Origin: Macrostomum lignano
Lineage: Eukaryota
Assembly (NCBI GenBank): GCA_002269645.1
Contig: NIVC01002902.1
Location: 66,686 to 130,685 of the forward strand
Reading direction: 5' to 3'
Length of the DNA: 64,000 bases
Shown here piece after piece: positions 63,247 through 64,000 of the stretch. Both the position numbers and the translations under genes were made by a program. Each line of letters starts with the position of its first letter. Position 1 is the stretch's first letter. The notes under the pieces are model-generated. The model was not told the DNA's origin. It did not search any database and saw nothing but the letters and a program-made list of their open reading frames with translations.

Positions 63247-64000
63247 TTTGTATCTAAATGCTTAGACTGCTGTCAGTGAATGAGACAGATAATTTTGAAC
63301 AGGGCATGAAATTTACCCAGTTTTTATCCCTTTAAACAAGTAAATTAGTCTCGACCAATAAGAGAAATGGAAAAAAGCTACACCAGATTTTATATGAAGA
63401 AGAGATTTGTTTAATGCAAAATATGTTTACACCTCTTAGGGGCCTACTATAAGTAGGAAATTAAGACTCGTAACCATTTTTGTCTTTAGCCCTGCAATAT
63501 ACTAATAAAATTTTGACTGCCTGTCTAACCCCCCATTGCAACCCCACATCTCCCCACCTGAAGCTATCCAATAGTAAACCAGCTGTCATTTTCCGTGACC
63601 CCCACCCCAGCTATGGCCATCTTGGTGTGTGGCCATCTTGTGTGTGGCCATCTTGGTGTTTGGCCATCCTTGTCTTACACCCAAAATGCTTATTATTTAT
63701 TTGTAGGCTTTTAATAGATCAAAACTATCCTATCTAGCAATGTTTTCTAGTACCAAATTTTCTATTTATATCATTATTTTTTTACTGACTAGTAGGCCTG
63801 TCCAAAATCTTGTTTATTATAGGCCTAACTTTAGTTTTCATATATATACTAGGCCTTAGGCCCTAAAAATAGTTTGTTGGTAGGTATAAAATATTTTCTT
63901 CAAACTTGCACTATTGAATCAGAAAATTTATACTATAATAATTGGTTTTTATCATATCAACTCTAGTAAGATCAAAAGTTATTTTTTAGTTTTTTTTCTA

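Larger units (their letters stand above)
59920..63681 (-). mobile_element. Decayed Mutator-like (MULE-type) DNA element
   Basis: Imperfect TIRs built of aagatggccaca subrepeats (59920-59963 vs 63608-63681); flanks caaaatgt / caaaatgc look like an 8-bp TSD with one mismatch; internal PHD+FLYWCH coding remnant. Confidence 0.6.

Overview
Eukaryotic (animal, probably invertebrate) genomic DNA, rich in minisatellites, with short GT-AG introns. The style recalls the flatworm Macrostomum, but that is an unverified impression. Bases ~0.7-41 kb hold a plus-strand cluster of putative innate-recognition genes: four secreted WSC+PAN genes, one PAN+LamG-like gene, one PAN+C-type-lectin gene, and two copies of a gene the ORF track splits into pieces. 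Splice sites read by eye join a long 33-aa ankyrin-like repeat array in frame, through four exons, to a Mab-21/cGAS-like nucleotidyltransferase (cGLR-type) with GS and DxD..D motifs intact. The repeats vary mostly at a few fixed positions, and the two paralogs carry 26 versus 4 repeats. This ANK-cGLR gene sits in a duplicated cassette with a WSC-PAN gene (~0.72-13.9 kb and ~23.0-32.2 kb). Two dead mariner elements lie in the cluster. Bases 41.6-57.9 kb are a head-to-tail chain of Helitron-type elements ending in a Rep-less element that encodes a Pif1-type helicase and an RPA70-like protein. The last 4 kb hold a decayed PHD/FLYWCH Mutator-like element. All calls come from motif recognition and manual frame checking; no database search was run.
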